A stretch of 61,097 bases of DNA, filler included. It is 8 parts of 8 records of this genome, joined end to end, with 100 filler letters (N's around TTAATTAATTAA, not from the genome) between each part and the next. Parts side by side here need not be neighbours in the genome. Positions count along the whole stretch, not along the records: positions 49,297 to 55,685 come from SRR31156797_20290; positions 55,786 to 61,097 come from SRR31156797_20302; 6 more parts are not named here. One strand, 5' to 3'. A model generated the notes under the pieces. The model saw only the letters and a list, made by a program, of their open reading frames with translations, was not told the DNA's origin and did not search any database. The position numbers and the translations under genes are program-made. Below, piece after piece: positions 50,567 to 60,556 of the stretch (the first letter of the stretch is position 1; the number at the start of each line of letters is the position of its first letter).

Positions 50567-51970
50567 CTATCCTTTGATCCGCTTGTTCAGGGCCTGGCGT
50601 GAGATGCCGAGTATTCTGGCGGCCTGGGCCTGGTTGCCGTTGGATCGTTTCATGGCCTCCTTGACAAGGAGGTCACAGGCGTCCTTGAGGGTGGGCAGGG
50701 TGTGGAAGGTTGAGAATTCTGCTCCGCTTTTTCGGGGTGTTTCCACCGTTTCCGATTTGGGTTGAACGCCTGATGATTCCATGTGTTTTTGGAAGACCCC
50801 GGTACCAAGGGTTGAGCCGGTGCAGGTTGAGACGGCGTCAAAGACCATGGCCTCAAGCTCCCTCACGTTTCCCGGAAAATAGTAACCGGAAAGCAGGGTG
50901 TAGATGGCTTCATCCGCACCCGGGGGATCCTTCTGAAGATTCCGGGATGCCTTTTCGATGAAATGGTCGATCAGAAGGGGAATGTCCCCGGGCCTTTTCC
51001 TTAACGGAGGCAGGTGGACATGGTGGGTCATGAGCCTGAAGTAGAGATCCCGCCTGAATTTTTTGCTGTCGTTGAGGTCGCTGCAGGCGATGTTGGTGGC
51101 CGCAACGATCCTTGCGTCCGAGTACCGGGTCCTGTCATCACCGATTCTGAGGTATTCCCGGTCCTGGATCAGGCCGAGGAGCTTAACCTGGGACAGGGGC
51201 GAGAGGTCGCCGATCTCATCGAGGAAGAGGGTCCCGGCACCGGCCTTTTCCACAAGTCCCGGTCGTGGGGTGTCGGCTCCGGTATATGCCCCCTTTGCAT
51301 GGCCGAACAGGGTGTCGGAAAACATGGTGTCGTCGAGGCCTGCCGTGTTGACCTTCACCAGTTCTCCCTCCCGTTGACTGAGCCTGTGGACGGCATTGGC
51401 GATCAGGTCCTTGCCCGTGCCGGTTTCGCCTGTGATGAACAGGGGCTGGCTCGTTGAGGCAACCGAGTCCACATACCTGAAGATGGCCTCCATGGCCGGA
51501 TCCTGGGTGATGATGGTTTCAAAGGCCGGGGCCAGGTTTTTGCCATTGTCCAGCAGGGTGGTGCTGAGGCGATTTATCTCGAGCTTCATCTCACCGTATT
51601 CGATGGTGTGCCTGCATACGGAGGCCAGCCGCCCCTGCTCCACGGGTTTTGAAAGAAAGTCGTGGGCACCTTGTTTCATGCAGGCAACAGCGGTATCGAT
51701 ATCGTTGGAGGCGGTGACCACAACCACCGGTACGTTGGGGTGGGCCTGGGTGATTTTAGATAGAAGCTCCTTGCCGGAGAGGCCCGGCATCATGAGATCC
51801 AGGAAGATCATGCTTACCTGGGTGCTTTCCAGGATCGCCATGACCTCGAGTGATGAGTTGCAGGTGATGATATTCTTGATGCCGTTGTACTTCAGTTCGG
51901 CGGAAAAGCCGGTGAGGATATGCACTTCATCATCCACGATGAGAACGGGTCTTGACGGGAAATTTGCCAA
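50567..51970 (-). CDS. Sigma-54-dependent response regulator (NtrC family)
   Basis: Receiver domain; GETGTGKD; GAYTGA; FLDEIG; PGNVREL; Fis-type HTH. Confidence 0.95.
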   Translation of the reverse strand: MANFPSRPVLIVDDEVHILTGFSAELKYNGIKNIITCNSSLEVMAILESTQVSMIFLDLMMPGLSGKELLSKITQAHPNVPVVVVTASNDIDTAVACMKQGAHDFLSKPVEQGRLASVCRHTIEYGEMKLEINRLSTTLLDNGKNLAPAFETIITQDPAMEAIFRYVDSVASTSQPLFITGETGTGKDLIANAVHRLSQREGELVKVNTAGLDDTMFSDTLFGHAKGAYTGADTPRPGLVEKAGAGTLFLDEIGDLSPLSQVKLLGLIQDREYLRIGDDRTRYSDARIVAATNIACSDLNDSKKFRRDLYFRLMTHHVHLPPLRKRPGDIPLLIDHFIEKASRNLQKDPPGADEAIYTLLSGYYFPGNVRELEAMVFDAVSTCTGSTLGTGVFQKHMESSGVQPKSETVETPRKSGAEFSTFHTLPTLKDACDLLVKEAMKRSNGNQAQAARILGISRQALNKRIKG

Positions 51971-51971
51971 A

Positions 51972-53198
51972 CTACTCTCCTTTCATGGCAGGAAATCCAA
52001 CAGTTACACGGGTGCCAAGGCCGGGTTCGGATTGAAATTCGATCCAGCCGTGGTGCTCTTTGACGATCTTCTTCGTTATGGAAAGTCCAAGGCCCGTGCC
52101 CTTGATATCGGTCTTTGTGGTGAAAAACGGCTCGAAAATCCTGTCCAGGTTTTCCTGGTCTATGCCGCACCCTTCATCGGTCACGGTGAGTATCACATTG
52201 GTTTTTCGGGTACGGGTGGAAAGGATGATCTTCCGGTCCGGCCGGGGCAGGGCCTGGCAGGCGTTGAGCAGAAGGTTGATGATCACCTGTTCCAGGCGCT
52301 GGGGAATGCCTGCCACCGTGGGGAGGGCCTTGTCAAGATCCGTCGAAAAGTGTTTGGTGGACTTTCGTATCTCATTGTTCAGGAACAGAAGGGCGGTCCT
52401 GACCACGGCATTGAGGCAAACCGGGACAAGGGCTCCATAGGGATCGGGGCGTGAGAACGAGCGGAGACTCTTGACAATGATGTCGATCCTTGAAGCCCCG
52501 TCGTTGATGCCCCGTAGAAGCTCGGGGATGGTCTCCCGGATCTCCTGATAGTCAAGCCCTCCGGCCTGGATGCCGGCCGGTTCCAGCCGGTGGTCCATGG
52601 TCTCCAGAAGGTCTGTCCAGAGCCGTTCAAGGAGGGGAGCGTTTGTCATGATAAAGGCGTTGGGATTGCTGATCTCATGGGCCATGCCGGCGACCAGGGT
52701 GCCGAGGTTGATCAGGGTCGAGGCGTGGAGCATCTGCTGGTTGGTGCACGCTTCTTCCTCCTGAAACAGGGTGTGGCGTTCCAGGGCGCGGATGTGTCGG
52801 GTGATATCCTTCTCTATCAGGGTGAAGGCGTTCAGCCTTCCCTTTGCGTCAAAGGCGGGCCAGATCAGGAGCTCCTTGACCCTCTGGCCGTGGTCGAACT
52901 GGAACCTGCTTCCGGATCGTTTTCGAATGACCTTGGCAATCTCCTCCTTCCACTCCTTTGCCAACGTGGGGGTGAGGCGTTCCCAGATGGTGCCGTGGAA
53001 CAGATCTCCTTTTTCAAACCCGTAGCGTTCCATGGCGGCGGCGTTTGCCTTGAGGAGGATGCCGCTGCCGTTGATGAGAAACAGGGGATCGTCAACGGCA
53101 TTGATCAGGGTCTCGTAGAGTTCCTTTTCCAGGTTGCTTTCCAGAAGTTCCTGTTTCAGCGCGCTGTTTTCAAGTTCCAGGGGTTCAGCCGTGTCCAA
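51972..53198 (-). CDS. PAS-domain sensor histidine kinase
   Basis: AHEISNP, NLLLNACQA, DEGCGI, FFTTK, GTGLGL. Confidence 0.93.
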   Translation of the reverse strand: MDTAEPLELENSALKQELLESNLEKELYETLINAVDDPLFLINGSGILLKANAAAMERYGFEKGDLFHGTIWERLTPTLAKEWKEEIAKVIRKRSGSRFQFDHGQRVKELLIWPAFDAKGRLNAFTLIEKDITRHIRALERHTLFQEEEACTNQQMLHASTLINLGTLVAGMAHEISNPNAFIMTNAPLLERLWTDLLETMDHRLEPAGIQAGGLDYQEIRETIPELLRGINDGASRIDIIVKSLRSFSRPDPYGALVPVCLNAVVRTALLFLNNEIRKSTKHFSTDLDKALPTVAGIPQRLEQVIINLLLNACQALPRPDRKIILSTRTRKTNVILTVTDEGCGIDQENLDRIFEPFFTTKTDIKGTGLGLSITKKIVKEHHGWIEFQSEPGLGTRVTVGFPAMKGE

Positions 53199-53511
53199 GA
53201 CGTATCTCCTAATCCATGCCCATGGAGGCTTTTACCCGTTTGATCTCTTCCTGGATTTCCCGGCGTTCCCTGGGGGTGAGGTCTGATGTCGCCAGCCGTC
53301 TTTGAAGGGCCATGAGGATCATCTCTTCCCGGTACTCATTGCATGTGTATTTGTTTGAGGCCATTGTCCGCAATCATCATTTATATTGTTAATAAGCGTG
53401 TGACCTGTTATCGTTGGGCGTTACGTTCAACCGTAACAGGCCGGCCCTGGTATGGGGGAAACTATAGTATGGATGAAAGGATTAAGTCAATGCGTAAAAG
53501 GAGTATAAACA

Positions 53512-53856
53512 GTGGGACCGGGCATTGAAAAGGTCAAGGCCCTTGAGAAGCGTCTTAAGGACCTTGGCATAAAACGGGAGGAGATCGAGGAGAAGTTCGT
53601 CAGGGCTTCCGGCCGGGGCGGCCAGAAGGTGAACAAGACCTCGGTGGCCGTGTGCCTGCGTCATGTTCCAACCGCCATATCGGTCAAGTGCGGCCGGGAA
53701 CGCTCCCAGCACCTCAACCGTTTCCTCGCCCTGCGGCGCCTTGCCGACAAGGTGGAAGCCCATATGACCGGCACTGACCCGGCCGACAAGAAGATCCAGC
53801 GGCTCAGGAAGCAGAAGCAAAGGAGAAAAAAGCGGGCCCGGGCAAAACACCAGTAA
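53512..53856 (+). CDS. Peptide chain release factor-like protein (ArfB/RF-1 domain)
   Basis: RASGRGGQKVNKT GGQ motif; basic C-terminal tail. Confidence 0.88.
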   Translation: MGPGIEKVKALEKRLKDLGIKREEIEEKFVRASGRGGQKVNKTSVAVCLRHVPTAISVKCGRERSQHLNRFLALRRLADKVEAHMTGTDPADKKIQRLRKQKQRRKKRARAKHQ

Positions 53857-53861
53857 TCCTC

Positions 53862-54149
53862 CTACCAGGAGAGGATCTCCATTTCGCTGTCGATGATCTG
53901 GGCAAGGCCCATGGCTTCAGCCATGTCAAAGACCTTGTCCATGGCTGAGTTGACGGTTCGCCGGTTGTTTCCGGTAATGGAAAAGCCTATCTCCGCCTTT
54001 AAAAGGCTTTCGTTGTAGGCTGTCTCTGCAATGGAGATGTTGAACCGGTTTCTTATCCGGTTGATCATGGCTTTGACGACGGCCCGTTTTTCCTTCAAAG
54101 AGTTGCAGCCGTGTAGCCGGACGACTATTTTTCCCGTACCTGTAACCAT
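53862..54149 (-). CDS. DUF503 family protein
   Basis: SLKEKRAVVK...RFNISIAE. Confidence 0.88.
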   Translation of the reverse strand: MVTGTGKIVVRLHGCNSLKEKRAVVKAMINRIRNRFNISIAETAYNESLLKAEIGFSITGNNRRTVNSAMDKVFDMAEAMGLAQIIDSEMEILSW

Positions 54150-54160
54150 GATTACCGTCT

Positions 54161-54592
54161 CTAAAATGCCCCCAACTGGCAGGGCTTTATCCGAAGCCCT
54201 TTGGTTTCGCAGGCCGAAGCGACCTCCATCCGTTTGAGCTTCAAGGTTTTGGCTATGTCCCAGCAGTCACGGCAGGAGATCCTGCCGTCATTGGACGCCT
54301 GGTCCAGGAGCGATACGAGGGGATCCGGGATCGTTTCCATGGGGGGGAGGACGTTGGTGCCGGCGTCATGGCCGAACAGGCCAAGGGAGCAGCGTATCAG
54401 TCTCAGCTCCAGGAGGTCGGCCTGGGCGCCGGCCTCGGCCGGTGTGATGCCAAGCTTTTTTGCGGCGCCATGGACCGACGCACAGGTTATCTTTCCCTGT
54501 CTGGCGCTTGCTTCAAGAAGTCTTTTTGCCTCAGGATCTATCTGTTTATCCGAATGTTTTTTTGCGTAGTTGCCTCTGTCTCTGTGTGTCAT
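54161..54592 (-). CDS. Conserved hypothetical protein with two Cys-containing repeats
   Basis: GKITCA...RCSLGLF and GRISCRDC...KPCQLGAF. Confidence 0.75.
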   Translation of the reverse strand: MTHRDRGNYAKKHSDKQIDPEAKRLLEASARQGKITCASVHGAAKKLGITPAEAGAQADLLELRLIRCSLGLFGHDAGTNVLPPMETIPDPLVSLLDQASNDGRISCRDCWDIAKTLKLKRMEVASACETKGLRIKPCQLGAF

Positions 54593-54756
54593 TCCAGCTT
54601 CCCATGGGTTGAATTACGATCAATGCGATTGACTCTGCATGCCTGTTGGGATATATCCCTAATTTTAGCAGTGCACAGTGAGTATGTAGCGCTATGGCCA
54701 CCCCTCACTGACAGTTTATTAATAACCCAATTATTTGACAGAATAAAGGAAAAACA

Positions 54757-55611
54757 ATGGGGTTGGTTGGAGAACTTGCAAACAACAAATTTCATATGGT
54801 TTATATTGCCTCCTGCGGAGAGGGAATCAATGCCTATCACCTGATCCAGAGCGCCCTGGTTCAGTTTCCCAACAACGACATCACCGTTGTCAAGGTCCCC
54901 CATATCAGGACAGAATCCCAGGTGGATGATCTCATCGAAAAGGCCATGGATACGGGCAGTCTCATTGTCCACACCATGGTGAATGCGGATCTCAGGCGGT
55001 ACCTGACCGTAAAGGGCATGGAGGAGGGGCTCGAGACCATCGACCTCATGGGACCCGTGCTCTCCAAGATACAGAATTTCCTCGATGATGATCCCATTGA
55101 GCAGCCCGGGCTTTACAGGAAGATCCACCATGTGGACCTTGCCCAGGTCTCTGCCATCGAATATGCCCTGGCCCATGATGACGGGGTGAATCCGGATGAT
55201 CTGACCGAGGCCGAGATTGTTCTTGTGGGACTGTCAAGGGCCGGCAAAACCCCGCTTTCAATGTATCTGGCTGTTTTGGGGTGGAAGGTGGCCAATGTTC
55301 CCCTGGTGATCGGGGTGCCCATGCCCGAGGTGCTGAAGCGGATCGACCGCAGGCGCATCATCGCTCTGAACATAAACCTGGAGCAGCTCAAGGCCCATCG
55401 AAAGATGAGGCAGGAGAGCCTTGGTACCTCGGACATGTATTCCTATACCTCCAGGGAGGAGATCAGCATGGAGATCGAAAAGGCGAGAAAATATTACATC
55501 TCCCAGGGGTACTCCATGGTTGATGTCAGCAACAAGCCCATTGAGACGAGCGCGGAGGAGATCATCGAGATGATCACGAGACGGTTTAAGTCCCAGGCCC
55601 ACAAACGGTGA
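54757..55611 (+). CDS. ppsR: PEP synthase/PPDK regulatory kinase-pyrophosphorylase (DUF299)
   Basis: AIEYALAHDDG, GLSRAGKTPLSMYLA, KVANVPL, PIETSA. Confidence 0.9.
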   Translation: MGLVGELANNKFHMVYIASCGEGINAYHLIQSALVQFPNNDITVVKVPHIRTESQVDDLIEKAMDTGSLIVHTMVNADLRRYLTVKGMEEGLETIDLMGPVLSKIQNFLDDDPIEQPGLYRKIHHVDLAQVSAIEYALAHDDGVNPDDLTEAEIVLVGLSRAGKTPLSMYLAVLGWKVANVPLVIGVPMPEVLKRIDRRRIIALNINLEQLKAHRKMRQESLGTSDMYSYTSREEISMEIEKARKYYISQGYSMVDVSNKPIETSAEEIIEMITRRFKSQAHKR

Positions 55612-55685
55612 GTTATAGCTCCTCGCATATGCATTGAGTCCGGTTCTTATTACAAAGGTAAAGCTGGTATCAATTCGATTGCGAA

Positions 55686-55785
55686 NNNNNNNNNNNNNNN
55701 NNNNNNNNNNNNNNNNNNNNNNNNNNNNNTTAATTAATTAANNNNNNNNNNNNNNNNNNNNNNNNNNNNNNNNNNNNNNNNNNNN
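55686..55785. other. Artificial contig linker
   Basis: Same spacer. Confidence 0.98.
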
Positions 55786-55999
55786 AGCAGTTGTTGATAG
55801 AAGTAAAATCAAAGTGTTACCAATCTTTGATTATATGGGACAGTTTGTAGAGCAAGAAGAGATGTATAGAACATTTAACATGGGTGTTGGTATGGTTCTT
55901 GTTGTTAATCCTGCAAATGTAGATTCTGTATTAGAAAACACTGATGGTTATGTAATCGGTGAAATCAAAGCTGGAAAAGCAGAAGTAGAATATATCTAA
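55786..55999 (+). CDS. purM: AIR synthase C-terminus (5' truncated)
   Basis: EEMYRTFNMGVGMVLVV. Confidence 0.92.
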
Positions 56000-56031
56000 T
56001 CTTTAAAATTTAGATTATTTAAAAGGCAAGT

Positions 56032-57066
56032 TTAAAAGCTTGCCTTTTTTTGTGCATAATATTTTAAAATCTCAATTGTTTTTGAGGCATATCCCCACTC
56101 ATTATCATACCAAAGTAAAAACTTAATCATTTTCTCTTTCTTTACATCTGTATATCTGTGGTCAATAATAGTTGTATAGGCTTGTTTTTTAAAATCACTA
56201 GAAACAAGAGGGTCATAGTTATTTAAAACTATAGGATAGTTTTGGTTCTTCTCAAACTCTTCAAAAAGCTTTATAATCTCTTCTTTAGAAGTTTTCTTTT
56301 CAATAAATAAACATACATTTATAGCTCCAACAGTATCTGTAGGAACTCTTAATGAGTTTGAAGAGATTAGTTCATGATTAATTTTGGGTTCTACAAAAGA
56401 ACAAGCCTTTATAGTAGTTGTATTATTTGGAATAATATTTTGTGTAGCAGACCTTCCAAACTCAAAGTTATAATCTACATCTCTAGTTGCACTTCCTACA
56501 AAACTTCCATCTAAAACCCTTTGATGATTTAATAAAGGATGGATAGTTGAAATATCACCACAAATGATTTTTTTACTTTCATCAATTATCTTTAAAGCAG
56601 GAAGTAGTGCCGTTGCATTACAAGAGCTAGTTGAAATAACTTTGTGTTTATTGGTATTAAGTTCTTGTTCATTTCCTCCAAGAATAATATTTTTGTGAGC
56701 ATTTTCATTTGCATGGGTTAAAAAGATTGCTTTTACATCAAGTTTTTCAAGGCTTTTTATATCGTGTTTGATACCACTTGCATCAATGATATAATCTATA
56801 TCTTTTAAATCTATATCAAAGATATTCTGGTGGTTTAGAATTTTGATTTTTGTTTTAGAGTTTTTTATAAAGTTTTTATCTTCTATTACAAATCTATCTT
56901 GGATATTTCCATAGGTTGAGTCATGGTTAATAGAGTAAACAATATTTTTGATATAAGGGTTTATTTCATTTATCGCAACAACCTCAAAGCCTGAATCACT
57001 AAGAGATTGTCTAAGAATAGCTTTTCCTATTCTTCCTACTCCATTTAAAAGTATTTTTTCTTTCAT
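56032..57066 (-). CDS. Divergent GAPDH/erythrose-4-phosphate dehydrogenase family protein
   Basis: NGVGRIG, DSTYG, STSSCNAT, RVPT, WYDNEWGY. Confidence 0.85.
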   Translation of the reverse strand: MKEKILLNGVGRIGKAILRQSLSDSGFEVVAINEINPYIKNIVYSINHDSTYGNIQDRFVIEDKNFIKNSKTKIKILNHQNIFDIDLKDIDYIIDASGIKHDIKSLEKLDVKAIFLTHANENAHKNIILGGNEQELNTNKHKVISTSSCNATALLPALKIIDESKKIICGDISTIHPLLNHQRVLDGSFVGSATRDVDYNFEFGRSATQNIIPNNTTTIKACSFVEPKINHELISSNSLRVPTDTVGAINVCLFIEKKTSKEEIIKLFEEFEKNQNYPIVLNNYDPLVSSDFKKQAYTTIIDHRYTDVKKEKMIKFLLWYDNEWGYASKTIEILKYYAQKKASF

Positions 57067-57126
57067 TAAGTTAAAGCCTAAAGTTTTTGTTTATTTTATC
57101 ATATTAACTTTTAGGCAAGTAATTAT

Positions 57127-57831
57127 TTACTCACTTTTCATTTCAATAAAAAGGAAATGCGAGTTTTCTAAAGCTTTTATTTCAAGGTTTCTCTCTTCAG
57201 TAATTTCCATTGCATCACCTTCATTTAGCTCAATATCATTTACTAAAGAGTTTCCTTCAATTTGTACAAAATAGATTTGCCGATTTTCATCTATTTTAAA
57301 ATCTAAAGCTTTATTTTTATCTAGTTCACTTACATAAAGGTTTACATCTTGATGAATTTTTATAGGAGCATTACCATCTTTTGAAGAGACAATATTTAAA
57401 AGCTTGTTTTCCCTTTGCTCTTTTTTAAATTTTTCTGAACCGTAAAGTCTATTTAGACCAATAGTTGGAGGGATAATCCAAATTTGTAAAAGCCTTAAAT
57501 CTTCACTTTCATGCAGATTATGTTCACTATGATAGATTCCATTTCCTGCGCTTAGATATTGAACTTCCCCACGTTTTAAAGTCTCTTCATTTCCCATTGA
57601 GTCTTTATGTGTAATTTCACCTTTAACTATATAAGAGATGATTTCCATATTATGATGGGGATGTTTATCAAAGCCACTTTTTGGATGAACTATATCATCA
57701 TTTAAAACTCTTAATACTCCAAAGTTCATATTATCTGGATTTCTATATTCAGCGAAAGAGAAATGAAATCTTGACTCAAGCCAACCAAGATTTGATGTTC
57801 CCATATTCTCTTTTTTTAGTTTTTTTAGCAT
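57127..57831 (-). CDS. Pirin family protein (YhhW-like)
   Basis: FGVLRVLNDD, HPHHNMEI, HKDSMGN, GIYHSEHN, LLQIW. Confidence 0.93.
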   Translation of the reverse strand: MLKKLKKENMGTSNLGWLESRFHFSFAEYRNPDNMNFGVLRVLNDDIVHPKSGFDKHPHHNMEIISYIVKGEITHKDSMGNEETLKRGEVQYLSAGNGIYHSEHNLHESEDLRLLQIWIIPPTIGLNRLYGSEKFKKEQRENKLLNIVSSKDGNAPIKIHQDVNLYVSELDKNKALDFKIDENRQIYFVQIEGNSLVNDIELNEGDAMEITEERNLEIKALENSHFLFIEMKSE

Positions 57832-57833
57832 TT

Positions 57834-58604
57834 TTAGTCCTTTAAATCAAAGGCAAAACATTCCATTGAGATATTTGAATACATAAATTCACTATTAAAG
57901 GATTTGCCTTTTTTATTTTTTGCACTTCCAAATATAATAAATAGAGGTAAGAAGTGTTCATCACTTGGATGATTCTGTTTATAGTTAATAGTTTTTGCTA
58001 TTTTTAGTAACCTTTCTTGGTTACCACTATTTATTATATTTATTACTTCATCGTTAAAGTTTTTTGCATAAGTTTTAATTGAATCACTTACTTGCATATC
58101 TGAAAGATTATGTGTTAATCCTCCACTTCCTATAAGTAAAGCCTCATCTTTAAAGATAGCTAACTTTTCACCTAGATTTATTAGCTGTTCTTTTGTATAA
58201 GAGCTTGGAATAGATAGTTGAATAACTGGAATATCAAGCTTATCATACATCATTGAAAGGCAACTCCATACACCATGGTCATAGTTAACTCTTGTATTAT
58301 CTATAGAGATATTAATGTCATTTTCTTTAAGATGATTTACAATTTTAAGGCTTATACTCTTATCACTTTTTATTTCATATTCGTATTCATATAACTCTTT
58401 TTCAAAACCATAAAAGTCATATAATAAATCATTGTTTTCATAGTTTATGATTTTTAAGTCATTTGTCACATAGTGTGCAGAAAAAATGATTATATATTTA
58501 GGTTTTTCTAAACCCTTAGCAAAGCTTTTAATATTTGCTTTACTAAGAGAGTCTTGAAGAATAATATTTGGTGCTCCATGTGAAATAAATAGTGACGAGT
58601 ACAT
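57834..58604 (-). CDS. DODA-type class III extradiol dioxygenase (YgiD-like)
   Basis: SHGAP, SAH, YDFYGF, DHGVW, GSGGLTHNL, HPSDEHFLPL. Confidence 0.92.
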   Translation of the reverse strand: MYSSLFISHGAPNIILQDSLSKANIKSFAKGLEKPKYIIIFSAHYVTNDLKIINYENNDLLYDFYGFEKELYEYEYEIKSDKSISLKIVNHLKENDINISIDNTRVNYDHGVWSCLSMMYDKLDIPVIQLSIPSSYTKEQLINLGEKLAIFKDEALLIGSGGLTHNLSDMQVSDSIKTYAKNFNDEVINIINSGNQERLLKIAKTINYKQNHPSDEHFLPLFIIFGSAKNKKGKSFNSEFMYSNISMECFAFDLKD

Positions 58605-58612
58605 TTAAATCC

Positions 58613-59182
58613 TTATTTTTTTAGAATACCTTCTAATTCAACAATTAGTTTTACTTTTTCACCAACTGCTACTCCACCAGCTTCTAATACAGAGTTATAT
58701 TTAATTCCATAATCCATTCTATTAATTTTACCTTCAAGAACTAAACCAGCTCTTGTATTTCCCCAAGGATCTTTAATTGTTCCATTTGTTTCAACATCTA
58801 AGATAACATCCTTAGTAACACCTCTCATAGTCAGTTTTCCATAAGCTTTATCATCTTCTACTTTGTTAAGATCAAAAGTAATTTGTGGGTATTTTTCTGC
58901 TGCAAAGAAGTCTGATTCTTTTAAGTGTTTATCTCTTTTTTCATTTGCAGTATTTACTGATTTCACTTCAACAACACCATTTAATGATTTTAAAGAGTTA
59001 GTCTTTTCATCATATTCAAATGAACCATTGAAGTTATCAAATTTACCAGTAACATTTGAAATCATCATATGTTTTACTTTGAATCCAACATTTGAGTGAC
59101 TCTTATCTACGTTATATGTTCCACCAAATAGTGCACTTGCTGTTAAAACTGAAGCTAATCCTAGTTTTACTAATTTTGTCAT
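58613..59182 (-). CDS. YceI family periplasmic lipid-binding protein
   Basis: HSNVGFKVKHMMISNVTGKF, RDKHL, DFF, DPWG. Confidence 0.94.
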   Translation of the reverse strand: MTKLVKLGLASVLTASALFGGTYNVDKSHSNVGFKVKHMMISNVTGKFDNFNGSFEYDEKTNSLKSLNGVVEVKSVNTANEKRDKHLKESDFFAAEKYPQITFDLNKVEDDKAYGKLTMRGVTKDVILDVETNGTIKDPWGNTRAGLVLEGKINRMDYGIKYNSVLEAGGVAVGEKVKLIVELEGILKK

Positions 59183-59204
59183 TTTTTATTCCTTTTTATT
59201 AAAT

Positions 59205-59222
59205 TATTACTAGTTAGTAATA
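59205..59222. promoter_or_regulatory. Palindromic operator copy 1 (upstream of yceI)
   Basis: TATTACTAGTTAGTAATA. Confidence 0.7.
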
Positions 59223-59238
59223 TAAATGTAAAATTTTT

Positions 59239-59691
59239 TTAGTTTGCTTTATAGACCTTATTTAAAAGTTCATATAAAGTATCAAGCTCTTCATCACTTA
59301 AAATTTCAAGTGATTTTTTTAGGTTTTTTGCATGATTTGGAAATACCTTTTCAATTACTTCTATTCCTTTTTTTGTAATAGTTAAAATAGAAGCTCTTTT
59401 GTCTTCTGGGTCAGAAATTGTTGTTATCCATCCATCTCTTTTAAGATTTCTTACTACAACAGTTATATTACCAGGAGTACTCATTGTAAGCTTTGTAATT
59501 GAACTAATATTTAAATCACCTCTATGATAAAGTACTTCTAGCACTTTAAACTGGTTAAATGTTAAGTCAAATTCATTTAAATAGTTCACTAATCTATTAT
59601 GAAACTTTGATCTAATTCTCTCTATTCTAATAATAGTTTTCATAGATTTATCTGTTCTTTTTCCATAACTTTTCAGTGATTTTGTATTCAT
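59239..59691 (-). CDS. MarR-family regulator (MhqR-like)
   Basis: LTFNQFKVLEVLYHRG, GNITVVVRNL, DPEDKRA, LTITKKG. Confidence 0.92.
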   Translation of the reverse strand: MNTKSLKSYGKRTDKSMKTIIRIERIRSKFHNRLVNYLNEFDLTFNQFKVLEVLYHRGDLNISSITKLTMSTPGNITVVVRNLKRDGWITTISDPEDKRASILTITKKGIEVIEKVFPNHAKNLKKSLEILSDEELDTLYELLNKVYKAN

Positions 59692-59712
59692 GTATTTAAC
59701 TCCTTGAATGAA

Positions 59713-59778
59713 AGTATATTACTAATTAGTAGTAAATGTCAAGTAGCTAAGAGACTAAAGTAGTACTAGTTAGTAATA
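59713..59778 (-). promoter_or_regulatory. marR promoter with operator copies 2 and 3
   Basis: Minus strand TTGACA (59742-59737)-18 nt-TATACT (59718-59713). Operators TATTACTAATTAGTAGTA at 59717 and TAGTACTAGTTAGTAATA at 59761. Confidence 0.7.
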
Positions 59779-59830
59779 AAATGCTAATAAAAGTTCTATA
59801 AAAAGGGCTTTTATAAAATTTTAAAATTTA

Positions 59831-60454
59831 TTAAGCTCTTTTTGTTGTACTCATAAATATAGCTGCTAAAATTAAAAAACTTCCAGTAATTCTATTTTGT
59901 ACTTTCATTGCTTTTACATCTTTTATTAAAAACTTTAATTTAGATGCCATTGATGAATAACCTGTCATTACAAAGATATCAATTACACATAAAGTTAAGC
60001 AAATTATTCCAAATTGAATCCATAAAGAGTACTCAGGATTTAAAAACTGAGGAATAAATGCAACTAAAAATACAGTTGCTTTAGGGTTTGTTAGATTTAT
60101 TAAAGTTGCACTAATAAAGGCTCTTTTTGCACTATATGCTTTTAAATGTTCTTCTTCATCTATAGTCTCTACTTTTTCAAAGATTTTTGAAAGACCTAAA
60201 TAAATAAGATAAAAAACACCAATCCATTTGATTATATTAAAAAGCATAACTGATTTTGCAATTAATGCTCCAAGTCCAATTACTACTACAAAAGTTTGTA
60301 TTAATAGTCCAGCTTGTAAACCAAAGATTGCAGCATATGATTTTTTCAGCCCATATTTAATTCCATAGTTCATAGAAACAACAGCTCCTGCTCCAGGAGA
60401 AACAGAAATAGCAATAGTAGCAAGTAATAGTGTTAACCAAACATTTAATTCCAT
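59831..60454 (-). CDS. RhtB/LysE family amino acid exporter
   Basis: SPGAG, IKWIGVFYLIYLG, NLTNPKA, FIPQF. Confidence 0.92.
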   Translation of the reverse strand: MELNVWLTLLLATIAISVSPGAGAVVSMNYGIKYGLKKSYAAIFGLQAGLLIQTFVVVIGLGALIAKSVMLFNIIKWIGVFYLIYLGLSKIFEKVETIDEEEHLKAYSAKRAFISATLINLTNPKATVFLVAFIPQFLNPEYSLWIQFGIICLTLCVIDIFVMTGYSSMASKLKFLIKDVKAMKVQNRITGSFLILAAIFMSTTKRA

Positions 60455-60507
60455 AGTAGTTCTTTTATTTTAAGATTGTAGAAGATTATATAAAAAGTTT
60501 TATTAAT

Positions 60508-60536
60508 AAAAAAAGGCAGTCGGGAAACTGCCTTTT
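60508..60536 (-). terminator. Terminator after the Lys/Ala-rich gene
   Basis: AAAAGGCAGT-CGGGAA-ACTGCCTTTT with T-tract on the minus strand. Confidence 0.8.
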
Positions 60537-60556
60537 GGAGGGAATAAATTTAATTA

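Noticed and set aside
51396-53243. Long plus-strand ORFs over the two-component genes
   Set aside because: Antisense shadows of the kinase and regulator.
41132-57066. Two GAPDH-family genes as a duplication
   Set aside because: They lie on different contigs with very different GC content, so they come from different organisms.
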